Below, one piece after another: positions 1 through 10,116 of a stretch of DNA of 64,000 nucleotides. The stretch covers positions 700 through 64,699 of the forward strand of contig JBNLED010000235.1 of assembly GCA_050304755.1 (NCBI GenBank). The letters are read 5' to 3'. This stretch comes from Polyangia bacterium (GTDB lineage: Bacteria > Myxococcota_A > Polyangia > JAAYKL01). Under the pieces are notes generated by a model that saw nothing but the letters and a program-made list of their open reading frames with translations, was not told where the DNA came from and made no database searches. Made by a program: the position numbers and the translations under genes. The stretch's first letter is position 1. The number at the start of each line of letters is the position of its first letter.

Positions 1-20
1 AATGGGCTTATGCCCGTCAA

Positions 21-36
21 TGGTATGTGTCTTGCT
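21..36 (+). promoter_or_regulatory. sigma54 -24/-12 promoter upstream of pat
   Basis: TGGTATGTGTCTTGCT fits TGGYAYRNNNNTTGCW with exact GG-N10-GC spacing, about 40 nt before the ATG at 78. Confidence 0.75.
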
Positions 37-77
37 TGGAACCACACCGACATATCATCGGACACATGAGGAAAACG

Positions 78-2753
78 ATGAGCACGCGCAATCTGAGACA
101 GCTGTTTCGGCCGAAATCCATCGCTGTGATCGGGGCATCGAATAGACCGTCCAGTATCGGGGCGATTTTAATGCGGAACCTCCTCGGCGCGGGTTTCGAC
201 GGACCGATCATGCCGGTCAATCCCAAGCACGAAGCCGTGGCCGGCGTGATCGCCTACAACGACGTGGCGAGCTTGCCCATCACGCCGGAGCTGGCGCTGA
301 TGGCCACGCCCCCCGCCTCGATTCCCGGTCTGATAGACGCGCTGGGGAAACGGGGCACCAAAGCCGCGGTGGTGCTCACCGCGGGTATGGGGGCAACCGA
401 TGAGGGGGGCGGTCCGAGCTTTCAGCAAAAGATGGTCGAAGCGGCCAAGCCCTATTCGCTGCGCATCCTCGGTCCCAACTGCGTCGGTCTGATCATCCCC
501 GGGCTCGGCCTCAACGGGAGCTTTGCGCACACCACGACCCTGCCGGGAAAGCTGGCCCTGGTGACCCAGTCGGGGGCGCTCGTCACCGCAATTTTGGACT
601 GGGCCGAATCCCGGTCCATCGGGTTTTCCCATTTCATCTCGCTGGGCAACAGCGCGGACGTGGACTTCGGCGACACCTTGGACTATCTGGGGAGCGATCC
701 CGGAACCCGAGCCATTCTGTTATATATCGAGTCAGTCACCCATGCGCGGAAGTTCATGTCCGCGGCCCGGGCGGCCGCCCGCAACAAGCCGGTCATCGTG
801 GTCAAGGCCGGTCGGACACGAGAAGGAGCCGCGGCCGCTTTGTCGCACACCGGAGCGCTGGCAGGCTCCGACGACGTGTACGACGCGGCGATTCGCCGGG
901 CCGGAATGCTTCGGGTATCGGAAATCGAAGACCTGTTCGACGCGGTGGAGAACTTGGCGAGATCGCGTGCTTTCAATGACGACCGTCTCACCATCCTGAC
1001 CAACGGCGGAGGCCCCGGGGTAATGGCCACTGACGCGCTGGCCAGGGCCGGCGGACGGCTCTTAGAGCTCTCTTCCGAGACGATCGAACGACTGGACAAG
1101 CTGCTTCCGGGAACTTGGTCACGACGCAATCCCGTGGATATCATCGGCGATGCGCCGGTGGAACGCTACCTCGAGGCCATGAAGATACTCTTCGCTGACA
1201 AGGGGTGCGAATCGATTCTGTTCATCCACGCGCCGACGGCCATCGTGCCGAGCGAAAAGATCGCGGAGGCCCTGGCGCCCGCCATTTCGGAATCAACCGC
1301 TAACGTTCTAAGTTGCTGGCTCGGCGTCAACGGCGTCGCCGGGGCGAGGCGGCTTTTTTCCGACAATAACATCCCCACCTACGATACGCCCGAGGATGGG
1401 GTCCGCGCGTTTATGCAGATGGTGGACTACAAGCGGAATCAGGCGCTGCTCATGGAGACCCCCGCCTCCTCGCCTGAGACCGTTCCGGAGATGGATCAAG
1501 TCAAACGCATCGTCGCCGAGGTTTTGAGAGAAGAAAGGGAGCTCTTGACCGAGCCAGAGGCAAAGGCGGTTCTCGCGGCCTACGGTATTCCGGTGGTATC
1601 GACTGAAATCGCAACGGACGTCAACGAGGCCGTGTCCGCGGCTCGGAAGCTCGGATTTCCCGTCGCCGTGAAGATCCTCTCTTTGGACATTTCGCACAAA
1701 TCAGATGTCGGGGGAGTGGCGCTCGATCTCATGACGCCTGATGCGGTGAACGCCGCGGCCCTGGGGATGATGACACGCATTCGAGAGCTGAGGCCCGATG
1801 CGCGGATCCAGGGCTTCGCCATCCAGCAAATGATTCGCAGAGCCGGCGTGCACGAGCTGATTGTGGGCGCCGCGACAGACCCGATCTTCGGTCCGGTGAT
1901 ACTCTTCGGTCAGGGGGGCACCGGCGTGGAGGTCATCGGGGATCGCGCCGTCGGGCTGCCGCCGCTGAACACGAAGCTGGCCCGGGAGCTCGTCGAGCGC
2001 ACGCGTGTGTCCAAGCTGCTCGATGGGTATCGCGATCGACCGCGAGCCAGACTCGACGACATCTACCGCGCGATAATTCAGATATCTCAGCTGATCGCCG
2101 ACGTGCCCGAGATTGCCGAGTTGGACATCAATCCGCTATTCGCGGACGAGAACGGCGTTTTGGCAGTAGACGCGCGCATCCGCGTGATCCGCTCAGCTGA
2201 AAAGGGCCCAAGTCGCCTCGCCATTAGACCGTACCCACGGGAGCTCGAGGAACACATTGAATTCGACGGAAGGCCCATCCTCCTGCGCCCCATCCGTCCG
2301 GAGGACGAGCCGGCCCACGCCGAGCTGCTCTCCAAGCTTCGCCCCGAGGACCGGCGCCTGCGATTTTTTGGGCAGGTGAGTGAGTTTCGTCACACGGAGA
2401 TGGCGAGGTTCACGCAGATCGACTACGACCGAGAGATGGCGTTCATCGCCGACGCCAGAAAGCAAGACGGAGAGCCCGAGACGTTGGGCGTGGTCCGGAT
2501 CGTCGCATATGCCGACAATGTCCGCGCCGAGTTCGCGATAATCGTACGCTCCGACATGCAAGGACACGGCCTCGGCCGCATCCTGGCCGACAAGATGATT
2601 CGTTACTGCCGCGCCAGCGGCATTCGGGAGCTCGTCGGGAGCGTGCTCAGCGACAACCGGCGGATGCTCTCTCTGGTCGATGAGCTCGGTTTCTCGCGGG
2701 TCGGGACAATCGATGACACCTATGAGATCAGCCTCGCACTGCAGGCACGGTAG
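78..2753 (+). CDS. pat: Protein lysine acetyltransferase Pat/YfiQ type (NDP-forming acyl-CoA synthetase-like domains plus C-terminal GNAT)
   Basis: N-terminal LFRPKSIAVIGAS, LGPNCVG, SHTGALAG, ATP-grasp SHKSDVGGV, and C-terminal GNAT AEFAIIVRSDMQGHGLGR; start moved to ATG 78 behind a GAGG RBS. Confidence 0.9.
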   Translation: MSTRNLRQLFRPKSIAVIGASNRPSSIGAILMRNLLGAGFDGPIMPVNPKHEAVAGVIAYNDVASLPITPELALMATPPASIPGLIDALGKRGTKAAVVLTAGMGATDEGGGPSFQQKMVEAAKPYSLRILGPNCVGLIIPGLGLNGSFAHTTTLPGKLALVTQSGALVTAILDWAESRSIGFSHFISLGNSADVDFGDTLDYLGSDPGTRAILLYIESVTHARKFMSAARAAARNKPVIVVKAGRTREGAAAALSHTGALAGSDDVYDAAIRRAGMLRVSEIEDLFDAVENLARSRAFNDDRLTILTNGGGPGVMATDALARAGGRLLELSSETIERLDKLLPGTWSRRNPVDIIGDAPVERYLEAMKILFADKGCESILFIHAPTAIVPSEKIAEALAPAISESTANVLSCWLGVNGVAGARRLFSDNNIPTYDTPEDGVRAFMQMVDYKRNQALLMETPASSPETVPEMDQVKRIVAEVLREERELLTEPEAKAVLAAYGIPVVSTEIATDVNEAVSAARKLGFPVAVKILSLDISHKSDVGGVALDLMTPDAVNAAALGMMTRIRELRPDARIQGFAIQQMIRRAGVHELIVGAATDPIFGPVILFGQGGTGVEVIGDRAVGLPPLNTKLARELVERTRVSKLLDGYRDRPRARLDDIYRAIIQISQLIADVPEIAELDINPLFADENGVLAVDARIRVIRSAEKGPSRLAIRPYPRELEEHIEFDGRPILLRPIRPEDEPAHAELLSKLRPEDRRLRFFGQVSEFRHTEMARFTQIDYDREMAFIADARKQDGEPETLGVVRIVAYADNVRAEFAIIVRSDMQGHGLGRILADKMIRYCRASGIRELVGSVLSDNRRMLSLVDELGFSRVGTIDDTYEISLALQAR

Positions 2754-2837
2754 GGGAGGGCGTGATGGGGCGAATCGGTCTGCGTCTCTGATCGACCTGG
2801 GGGGCGGCGACCCCACCGGGGACCGCCTTGGCATCCC

Positions 2838-3200
2838 CTATTCTTTGTCCAACCACTGGCGCGCCTTGGAGGCTTCCGTCCGATCGAAGTAGCGCACCGA
2901 CGCTCTCGTGAACGGTCTGCAAAACGTCGCCATGCCGTGCTGACAAGTCTTTTCCCCGACGATCGCGAGTCTCGAGATGTTGGAGAAATGGGTCAGCGAA
3001 AACTGGGTATCCCCCCAGGATGCACCGGCGTTCCAGCCGAGGAAGTCGGTCATATCGAACAACAGGCGTAATTTCCCGTGCTGCCTGACGAGTCGGTCGA
3101 ACTCGGGCACAAATTGATCGTAATCTGCTTCTACCAGCTTATCGTTGATGCTTAAGACCAGCACCTTGCCGCTGTTTTCTTCTTTGAGTCGAATCGTCAT
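2838..3200 (-). CDS. STAS/SEC14 (SpoIIAA-like) domain protein
   Basis: 120 aa with DYDQFVPEFDRLVRQHGKLRLLFDM and RLAIVGEK, typical of the SpoIIAA-like family. Confidence 0.75.
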   Translation of the reverse strand: MTIRLKEENSGKVLVLSINDKLVEADYDQFVPEFDRLVRQHGKLRLLFDMTDFLGWNAGASWGDTQFSLTHFSNISRLAIVGEKTCQHGMATFCRPFTRASVRYFDRTEASKARQWLDKE

Positions 3201-3260
3201 GTTTCACTCTCGGGCTTTCTGTTTTAAAATTGATATCACCGTGTTTTCACGGTTTCTTTC

Positions 3261-3276
3261 TTCAATAATCGTACCA
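3261..3276 (-). promoter_or_regulatory. Possible sigma54 promoter (imperfect -12) for the STAS gene
   Basis: Minus strand TGGTACGATTATTGAA: perfect -24 and correct spacing, but GA instead of GC at -12. Confidence 0.4.
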
Positions 3277-3346
3277 ATGTTTCGAGGCTTTTGAGCGGGC
3301 GTAAAACCGCTGCTACACCGTGTTCACCATTCGCTGGTGCCCAGAG

Positions 3347-3386
3347 CGTCTTATCCGTTGAGATTCTAATCCCATCGGATAAGACG
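3347..3386. promoter_or_regulatory. 40-bp imperfect palindrome between divergent sigma54 promoters (candidate enhancer)
   Basis: CGTCTTATCCG-N18-CGGATAAGACG with perfect 11-bp arms and a partly palindromic spacer; its centre lies about 90 bp from each promoter. Confidence 0.5.
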
Positions 3387-3456
3387 ATTTGGTAACCTCA
3401 AATTGTTCAGGAAACGTTTTCACCCTTTATCAAGCATCGATGCGCGATCGAGGCTC

Positions 3457-3472
3457 TGGCATCGTTATTGCT
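3457..3472 (+). promoter_or_regulatory. sigma54 promoter for the methyltransferase-DAGK unit
   Basis: TGGCATCGTTATTGCT. Confidence 0.75.
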
Positions 3473-3559
3473 TGTCTCTTAAACCGGTTGAAAAACGGTA
3501 TGGGCTTCGCTCCTGTGGACGCACGGCGTTTACGAGACTCAATACCAAAGGAGGCCGGG

Positions 3560-4186
3560 ATGAAACCAGAAAAAATAGATCTACAAGACGGCTTGAGGCC
3601 GCTCTATCGCACCAGCAGCCTCGGAGAATTGGAGATGCCTCCGGTTCAGCCGATTGTAGACGCGCTCATTCTTCAACGAGATGACGTGATAGTGGAGATC
3701 GGCGCCGGCACGGGTCACTATACGCTTCCCATCGCGAGGCATCTCCACGCATTGGGCGGGGCAGGCATCATCTACGCTTGCGATTTCTCAAAGTCAGCGG
3801 TAGAGGGGATTGACAAGGACGCTGCGGCTCGAGGGGTGACTGCTCATGTCCGCACCGCTTGTCTTTCCGCGGTTGGGCCTCGCTGCCTACCGTTCGCGGA
3901 CGAACAGATTCAAAGTGTTCTGGTGGTGAATACCCTTCAATACCTCGCTGATCCGGCACCATATTTGGCCGATATTGCGCGAATTCTAGCCCCTTGCGGC
4001 GGCCTGCTGATTGCGGATTGGAAACGGGACGAGCATCATTCTCAAGGCAAGCCATCAGGGAATGGAATCGCGCCGGAGGCACTGTATTCCTTGCTGGACA
4101 GGGTTGGGCTCGATGTGCATGACCGCCTCAATATGGACGGATATTCTTGGGCCGTACGGGCGATGAAGCCTCTTGTCCTATTGTGA
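3560..4186 (+). CDS. Class I SAM-dependent methyltransferase
   Basis: Motif I VEIGAGTGHY; start reassigned to ATG 3560 behind AAGGAGG. Confidence 0.8.
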   Translation: MKPEKIDLQDGLRPLYRTSSLGELEMPPVQPIVDALILQRDDVIVEIGAGTGHYTLPIARHLHALGGAGIIYACDFSKSAVEGIDKDAAARGVTAHVRTACLSAVGPRCLPFADEQIQSVLVVNTLQYLADPAPYLADIARILAPCGGLLIADWKRDEHHSQGKPSGNGIAPEALYSLLDRVGLDVHDRLNMDGYSWAVRAMKPLVLL

Positions 4187-4220
4187 CACCTTGAAATTCC
4201 AATAGACGAAGGCAGACGGA

Positions 4221-5210
4221 ATGATGAGCGTAAAGAAAGAAATCACAGCCATTGTGCTCAATCCCGAGGCGAGAGACGGGCAAGCAGGGAACAATTGGCC
4301 TTGGGTTGACAAAGTACTGCGCGAGCACGGCATCCGGTTCGACACGTTCGAAACCAATAGCGACGGGAACATCGTCAAGGCCGTCAAGGAGATCGCCGAG
4401 TCCGGTTACGGCAGGATTGTCGGGGCCGGCGGTGACGGTACCCAGAATGCCGTCATCAACGGCATCATGCAGGCGGATGTGGACGAGCGCCCGGAGTACG
4501 GAATTCTGCCGTTCGGAACGGCGAACGATATCGGCAAGTCTTTTCACCTCACGATGCCTGGCTGGACCGAAAGAGGCCTCGAAGCCTGCGTGAGGGCTCT
4601 TGTGGCCGGCACGAGGTACAATCTCGATCTGGGCCTTGTAAATGGTGAAAGATACTTCGCGAATTCCTTTACCGCAGGTTTCGACGCCGTCGTGCTCAAG
4701 GATAGAAATACCACGAGACATACGCGGATGGTGATGAACAAGGGCATCGAAAGCTATGTTCCCAGCATGTTCAAGAGCTTTCTCGGCCGCTACAAGCCGC
4801 CCAAAGCTAGAATCAGCGTGGACGGTGAGGAATTCAAAAACGCGAAGTTGTTCAATCTCGTGGTCAAGGACGCCATGGTTTATGCGGGCAATTTCGTTCT
4901 CAGCGATAACATTCGCGGTAACGACGGTTTCCTGGACGTGTTCCTCTATGCGAGCTCCGAAGCCTATACCTCTGAAATCGGAACCCACGTGCTAAAAGCA
5001 TTTCTCAAGCTCGATCCCACGGGGCTATCCTCTGATTTTATCGACCTCGCGGTGCAGAACAGCCGCCATAAGCGGGGAACAGCCATCGATATACAGATAG
5101 ACAGGAAGCTCGAATCTCAAATCGACGGAGAAGAGTATAGGAAAGACAACCATTTTACTATCGAATGCGCCAGGCACGCGCTGACGCTTATCGTCCTTTA
5201 TGAGCGCTGA
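4221..5210 (+). CDS. Diacylglycerol/lipid kinase family protein (YegS/BmrU-like)
   Basis: IVLNP, GAGGDGT, LPFGTANDI and QIDGE motifs. Confidence 0.85.
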   Translation: MMSVKKEITAIVLNPEARDGQAGNNWPWVDKVLREHGIRFDTFETNSDGNIVKAVKEIAESGYGRIVGAGGDGTQNAVINGIMQADVDERPEYGILPFGTANDIGKSFHLTMPGWTERGLEACVRALVAGTRYNLDLGLVNGERYFANSFTAGFDAVVLKDRNTTRHTRMVMNKGIESYVPSMFKSFLGRYKPPKARISVDGEEFKNAKLFNLVVKDAMVYAGNFVLSDNIRGNDGFLDVFLYASSEAYTSEIGTHVLKAFLKLDPTGLSSDFIDLAVQNSRHKRGTAIDIQIDRKLESQIDGEEYRKDNHFTIECARHALTLIVLYER

Positions 5211-5300
5211 TAGAACTCCGCATCGATGACATCTTCGGTTCCGCCGTCCGGGCGTGGGGGCGGTTTCTCGGCGGCCGACTTGACGTCGGCTGGACGAAGC
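5198..5300 (-). pseudogene. Remnant resembling the DnaK C-terminal tail
   Basis: Minus frame ends ...PDGGTEDVIDAEFYQRS*; the DVIDAEF tail is typical of DnaK; no upstream DnaK body. Confidence 0.4.
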
Positions 5301-5346
5301 CGTAATCGTAATCCGTTGTTCCTGAACCGCGCGATGCGAGTCCCCC

Positions 5347-5362
5347 TGGCACAAGCCATGCA
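5347..5362 (+). promoter_or_regulatory. sigma54 promoter upstream of the 81-aa ORF
   Basis: TGGCACAAGCCATGCA. Confidence 0.65.
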
Positions 5363-5412
5363 GGCGTGTTGACACAACAAAATCTGCTCTTCTGTCCAAA
5401 GGAGGCGGCACG

Positions 5413-5658
5413 ATGAATAATCAAGATGAGTTCAACGACCTGATCCGGTTCTCGGGCTCCATGGAGGCAGAGTTCCTGGTCATGCTTCTTACATATGGCG
5501 ATGTGACCTTCAAGTTGACCAAGCTGCCCCTCTCGATTGGGTCACTTCTACCATCGTCACAAGCACCCGTCGTGGTCCAGGTAGTCAATGAAGATTTCAA
5601 CCGAGCAAAGGAATTGCTCGCCGAGTATCGAAAAACGCAGGGTGTCCCATTGGGCTAG
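5413..5658 (+). CDS. Small hypothetical protein, DUF2007-like
   Basis: AAGGAGG RBS; pattern MEAEFLVMLL...VVVQVVNEDFNRAKELL resembles DUF2007 proteins. Confidence 0.6.
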   Translation: MNNQDEFNDLIRFSGSMEAEFLVMLLTYGDVTFKLTKLPLSIGSLLPSSQAPVVVQVVNEDFNRAKELLAEYRKTQGVPLG

Positions 5659-5877
5659 CTGGTTTCCATCGACGGCATCGTCCCTACGACGAGCCAGGTT
5701 TCAGGAGCGCTTATCGACGTGGTCGTCGGAGACCGTCTGGACGTGGTCGGTCAGTTTCGCAAAGCGGGCGGCAACCCCCTCGGCGATTGGCTGCCTTCAG
5801 GATCCGAGTTCGAAGAGGCACGCTTTACCCGGGTCTGGGATCGTATCGCGGAGGCGATTTATCAAGCGCGCGGTTGA
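5659..5877 (+). pseudogene. C-terminal remnant of a lipase-like alpha/beta hydrolase
   Basis: Start-less frame DGIVPTTSQV...GDRLDVVGQF...SGSEFEEARFTRVWDRIA resembles DGIVPTxSQ...DHLDVVGHF; the catalytic His would be replaced by Arg. Confidence 0.45.
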
Positions 5878-5928
5878 GATACCTCGGGTATTCCGGATCC
5901 CCTCGGCACTAAAAACTGATGCCAGTTT

Positions 5929-7248
5929 CTAGCCCTCCATGCGAGGGGGTTGCCCGGTGGACATGACGACGTCCCGCCAAAGCGGGCTCTCTGGATCGAT
6001 ACAGTTTCGCCGGCTTGTGGTGACGGCGATGGGCACGTGGACCAGGCGATTGTTGATCATGCCGACGATACAGGCGGTCCGACCGGTCATTGCCGCGTGA
6101 ACCGCATTGCTACCGAGTCGTCCACAATAAATGGCGTCAACCGGGTTGGCCGGTGTGCTGCGGATGATGTAGCTCGGGTCGATATACTTGATATTCACCT
6201 CTAGGCTACCTTCTTTGAAGAAATCCGCAACTCGCTGTTTCAGATAGATACCTATATCTCCTAACTTCTTGTTGCCCGAGGCGTCTTGTCCTTGTGTTGC
6301 CACCAGAGATTGTCCGGAGCCTTCAGCCACCAGGATAACCGCATGATGCCGCCGTTGAAGTCGCTGTTCGAGCAGTGCTAGCAGGCCCATCTCCCCTTCC
6401 AACATGAAGGGGACTTCCGGTATGAGAACGAAGTTGACCTCATTGGCGGCCAGGCACGTATGAGCGGCGATGAACCCCGATTCACGCCCCATCACCTTGA
6501 CGATACCGATGCCGTCAACCGCACCGCGGGCCTCGGTGTGGGCGCTCGAAACTGCTTGCACGGCCTGGGAGACAGCTGTTTCGAATCCGAATGATTTTTC
6601 GACAAAGCTCAAATCGTTGTCGATGGTTTTGGGTATCCCCACCACGGCGATAGGCTTGTTTCGTCGAAGAAGCTCTCCTGCGATACCGAGCGCTCCCAGC
6701 AGGGTACCGTCACCGCCGATGGTGAACAATATGTCCAGCTTCAATCGCTCTATGGCGTCCGCGAGCTCGGTGGTGCGGTCGCCGCCGCCCCTCGACGACC
6801 CCAGGATGGTCCCACCATCGCGATGAATATCTCGAACCACATCCGGTTGGAGGGCTAGGACAGGATATCGAGAAAGGGGAAGCAGTCCCTGATACCCATA
6901 TCGGATTCCGCTGATCTGTCGCACACCGTAGGAATACCAGAGCGTCATCACAATCGAACGAATGACATTGTTCAATCCCGGGCAAAGCCCACCACAAGTG
7001 ACGATCCCCGCATGCACGCCCTGCGGTTCAAAGAAGATCTGCTCTCTTGGACCGGCCCGTTCCAACAAACCGCGGGGAGGTAACGATTCTGAGACAGTAT
7101 CAAGAGTAAAATCGATGTCGTAGAGCACCCGCTCATCATCTCTCACGTAGTTTGCCAGCGAGTCCCCTAGGTGCGTTGACAGTTTAATAGGCGATGGCGT
7201 TTCGGCGACACCGAGTTTTGTAATCGAAAAGTCTAACGCGCTCATCAT
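5929..7248 (-). CDS. pfkA: ATP-dependent 6-phosphofructokinase (long, clade X type)
   Basis: TCGGLCPGLN, GGTILGSSRG, GGDGT (Gly suggests ATP use), PKTIDND, VMGRESG and DPSYIIRS. Confidence 0.92.
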   Translation of the reverse strand: MMSALDFSITKLGVAETPSPIKLSTHLGDSLANYVRDDERVLYDIDFTLDTVSESLPPRGLLERAGPREQIFFEPQGVHAGIVTCGGLCPGLNNVIRSIVMTLWYSYGVRQISGIRYGYQGLLPLSRYPVLALQPDVVRDIHRDGGTILGSSRGGGDRTTELADAIERLKLDILFTIGGDGTLLGALGIAGELLRRNKPIAVVGIPKTIDNDLSFVEKSFGFETAVSQAVQAVSSAHTEARGAVDGIGIVKVMGRESGFIAAHTCLAANEVNFVLIPEVPFMLEGEMGLLALLEQRLQRRHHAVILVAEGSGQSLVATQGQDASGNKKLGDIGIYLKQRVADFFKEGSLEVNIKYIDPSYIIRSTPANPVDAIYCGRLGSNAVHAAMTGRTACIVGMINNRLVHVPIAVTTSRRNCIDPESPLWRDVVMSTGQPPRMEG

Positions 7249-7294
7249 TGTGGTTTCCTATTTTATATCCCGAGTGATCTTCACTTGTAAATCG

Positions 7295-8050
7295 TCAATT
7301 GGACACGGACGACATTGGGGACTTGCGAGCAGAGTGCGAGGGATGCTTTTTTGAGCCAATAGGATGCAACTCGGCTCCTCCCTCGAGTGGACGGGACGGT
7401 CCAGGTCGTTCGCCCTCCAAAATGAATTTGGCGCGACAATCCTCGCTACAGAAGTAATAACGTTGAGAGCCTTGACCGGTTTCAGAAATTGCAAACGCTT
7501 TGTTCACCTGCGTGTCGCAAACCGGATCACGAACGAGGTTTTGCTTCTGATACTGCTCGTGGTGTGCCAATTGAAAATATATATCAAGAAAATTCAAAAG
7601 CGTTTTCTCAACCCATTCTACGAGTCGCGATTCATCCGGGTCGTCCAACGAAATCGAAAGGGCGCCCCGTTTATCAAATTTCATGAAGACAGGCAGGATT
7701 TGCAACGACCAAGTGATATCGAGATTTTCAATACCGGCGTCATGTGAAACCCAAAAGTCCAGTGTTGTGCCGGCGGGAAACCGGGGGCTTGCCTCAAACC
7801 GGCAAATCAAACGACGACCATTGGCATCTTGCGAAGAAAGGGAGGCGTTTTCGAAATACGAAACCAACCTTTCCAACCGCGGTCGAATAACGTTGTCGAG
7901 CACCTGATCGGCGATTTTCGTATATCTCACCAGTCGAGTCGTTCTCTCCTCGTGCTGACGGTTCAGCGACTGCTGGTAGGCCCGTATCTGTTCTTCTTCC
8001 GTCGCGAGTTTCTCTTTAATTTTTTTTATGAAATCATTGAGGCTCTGCAT
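7295..8050 (-). CDS. YHS domain-containing protein
   Basis: C-terminal VRDPVCDTQV...YYFCSEDCRAKF; coiled-coil-like N-terminus. Confidence 0.75.
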   Translation of the reverse strand: MQSLNDFIKKIKEKLATEEEQIRAYQQSLNRQHEERTTRLVRYTKIADQVLDNVIRPRLERLVSYFENASLSSQDANGRRLICRFEASPRFPAGTTLDFWVSHDAGIENLDITWSLQILPVFMKFDKRGALSISLDDPDESRLVEWVEKTLLNFLDIYFQLAHHEQYQKQNLVRDPVCDTQVNKAFAISETGQGSQRYYFCSEDCRAKFILEGERPGPSRPLEGGAELHPIGSKKHPSHSARKSPMSSVSN

Positions 8051-8116
8051 TGTGCACCTATTCTGTATCGAATTTGTTTTTCAGGACGTGACGTCCTCTG
8101 GACGCACTTGAAGTTC

Positions 8117-8132
8117 TGCAAGACGCATGCCA
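8117..8132 (-). promoter_or_regulatory. sigma54 promoter for the YHS-pfkA unit
   Basis: Minus strand TGGCATGCGTCTTGCA. Confidence 0.8.
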
Positions 8133-8409
8133 TGCAAACCACTGTAAGGTCTCTGGTCAAAATAAAGTTTCCAAGCTGGCAATCGCTGCACCCGTCCGGC
8201 AAGGCGCGAGGAGTGGAGAATACTGGGGTATTTGACCGACGAGCAACGCCGACGGGCGGGATGCAGCGGTTGTCAGATGGCAAGTTAATTTTGATCAGAG
8301 GCCTAAGGTGCGGTGTGTTTCGGTGCAGTCTCTCCGAAGGGCTCCGTTCGGCCTCGGCTGACGCACCTCGACGCGTTTTACCTCGCCGACCTATCGGGAT
8401 TTCGAGGTT

Positions 8410-8769
8410 CTACATAAGTTCCGTCTCCGGTGGGGGCGGGTCGGTTCTGCGCCTCTTTTGAGAACGCATCCTTCCATCGTTACTCTCGACCCTTCTGCTC
8501 AACTTTTCTAAAGCGCAATCGACAGCTTGGTCCAAGCTCGATGCCCGGTGAGTGACAGCGATGGGCCGCCGACCTTCGAGGCGGGCTTCTATGATGCACC
8601 GTATATCATTTACACCTCGTTTGCGGCCGTTTACGTCGCTCAAATAAACCTCCACCCGCATGATGTAATCGCTCATTCGCTTGAGCGCCCTCTCCACTGA
8701 ATCCTTGACTTGATCAGTCATTCTATTGCGACCGCCAATGTTGCCATCGGTATTTATTTGAACTCTCAC
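8410..8769 (-). CDS. HPF/RaiA family ribosome-associated protein (paralog 1)
   Basis: GTG start behind GGAGAAGA; VQINTDGNI, RVEVYLSD, RCIIEARLEGRRPIAVTH, QAVDCALEKL; 119 aa. Confidence 0.85.
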   Translation of the reverse strand: MRVQINTDGNIGGRNRMTDQVKDSVERALKRMSDYIMRVEVYLSDVNGRKRGVNDIRCIIEARLEGRRPIAVTHRASSLDQAVDCALEKLSRRVESNDGRMRSQKRRRTDPPPPETELM

Positions 8770-8790
8770 AATCTTCTCCCGTTGCACTCT

Positions 8791-8834
8791 TGAATCTTGC
8801 CTCACGAGACCTTGTTCCCGCCGTGCAAGATTCA
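8791..8834 (-). promoter_or_regulatory. Conserved leader hairpin, copy 1
   Basis: Minus strand TGAATCTTGC-ACG-GCGGGA-ACAAGG-TCTCGT-GAG-GCAAGATTCA: 10-bp outer stem plus inner stem. Confidence 0.55.
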
Positions 8835-8902
8835 GGTACAAATTTGTACCCGATCTCAATAGATCTCGTTCTTGGCCATCGATAAAACCATGCTTTCACG
8901 GG

Positions 8903-8918
8903 TGCATTCCTCGTGCCA
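8903..8918 (-). promoter_or_regulatory. sigma54 promoter for hpf paralog 1
   Basis: Minus strand TGGCACGAGGAATGCA. Confidence 0.75.
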
Positions 8919-9027
8919 AATTATCGAAGGAATCGACCGGATTCTACCAAGTGCCGCGATGTGAAACAAACGGAGACAACAACGGTGTCTTTCCGACGTT
9001 TAAGAGAAAGTACAACAAGTGTATGTA

Positions 9028-10116
9028 TCACACTCTCCATTTTTGAATGGGCGGGTCGGAATCAATAGGGGTTTCATGAAGAAAGCGGTAGAGGGTCGCT
9101 CTACCCACGCCGAGCAGCGTTGCAGCGCGCAGCTTATTCCCTTCAGATTGGACCAAGGCCTGCTGAACTGTCTCGGGGGTGAGCTTTCGGTGTTGTCGCT
9201 TGCCCGGTGGATCCACGGAAGCGACTATCGTTCCCGTAGGTGAATATTCCCGGGGCGATGCCTTGGGGCTTCCGCCGGCCTTCTGTATTTCTCGAGGAAG
9301 GTGATCGGCCAAGACGACATCTCCCGGGCAGCGTATCGAGGAGAACTGAAGGGAGTTGATCAGCTCACGTACATTTCCTGGCCAGGGGTAATGTTTGAGC
9401 AAGTACATGGCGTCGTCGCTGACAAACCGAATCTCTTTGCCGGTTTCGGTTTGCACCTTCTCGAGGACGCTCGCCATGATGTAGGGGATGTCCTCTCTTC
9501 TTTCGCGAAGAGGCGGAAGGTCCAGGGGAATCACGCAGAGTCTGTAGAACAGATCTTCCCTGAAAGCACGCGTTTGGACCATCGCTCTTAGATCGCGATT
9601 CGTCGCTGCGATGATGCGATTGTCCACCGCAATGGAGGTCTCGCCGCCAACGCGCTCAAAGGCACTGTGTTGTAAAACGCGCAGCAGGCTGACCTGCATG
9701 CGGGGTGAAAGCTCGCCGACTTCGTCGAGAAAAATGGTCCCCTTGTGTGCCAGCTCGAAACGCCCTTTTCTGTCACGGATGGCACCCGAAAAGGCGCCTC
9801 TCACGTGTCCAAAGAGCTCGCTCTCCAGGATGTTCTCCGGCAGGGCGCCGCAATTGACCGGCACAAACGGGCCTGACTTTCGCCGGCTCTCAGCGTGGAG
9901 GGCCGCGGCGACGAGCTCCTTCCCGGTGCCGCTCTCTCCAGAGATCAACACCGGGTAATCCGAGGGGCCGACAGCCCGAATGGTCTCGAAGATCTCTTTG
10001 CTGACGCGAGAAATCCCTGTCATGCCATGGAAGCACCGCTGTGCGTCACGCCAGTCATTGAGATCATTCAGCCTGGTGCTGTCGTGGATAGATGCCGGCT
10101 TGGCCCATGTTTGCAT
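9028..10116 (-). CDS. sigma54-dependent Fis-family transcriptional activator without an N-terminal sensory domain
   Basis: [35 protein letters not shown] and a C-terminal HTH; only about 30 aa precede the AAA+ domain. Confidence 0.9.
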   Translation of the reverse strand: MQTWAKPASIHDSTRLNDLNDWRDAQRCFHGMTGISRVSKEIFETIRAVGPSDYPVLISGESGTGKELVAAALHAESRRKSGPFVPVNCGALPENILESELFGHVRGAFSGAIRDRKGRFELAHKGTIFLDEVGELSPRMQVSLLRVLQHSAFERVGGETSIAVDNRIIAATNRDLRAMVQTRAFREDLFYRLCVIPLDLPPLRERREDIPYIMASVLEKVQTETGKEIRFVSDDAMYLLKHYPWPGNVRELINSLQFSSIRCPGDVVLADHLPREIQKAGGSPKASPREYSPTGTIVASVDPPGKRQHRKLTPETVQQALVQSEGNKLRAATLLGVGRATLYRFLHETPIDSDPPIQKWRV

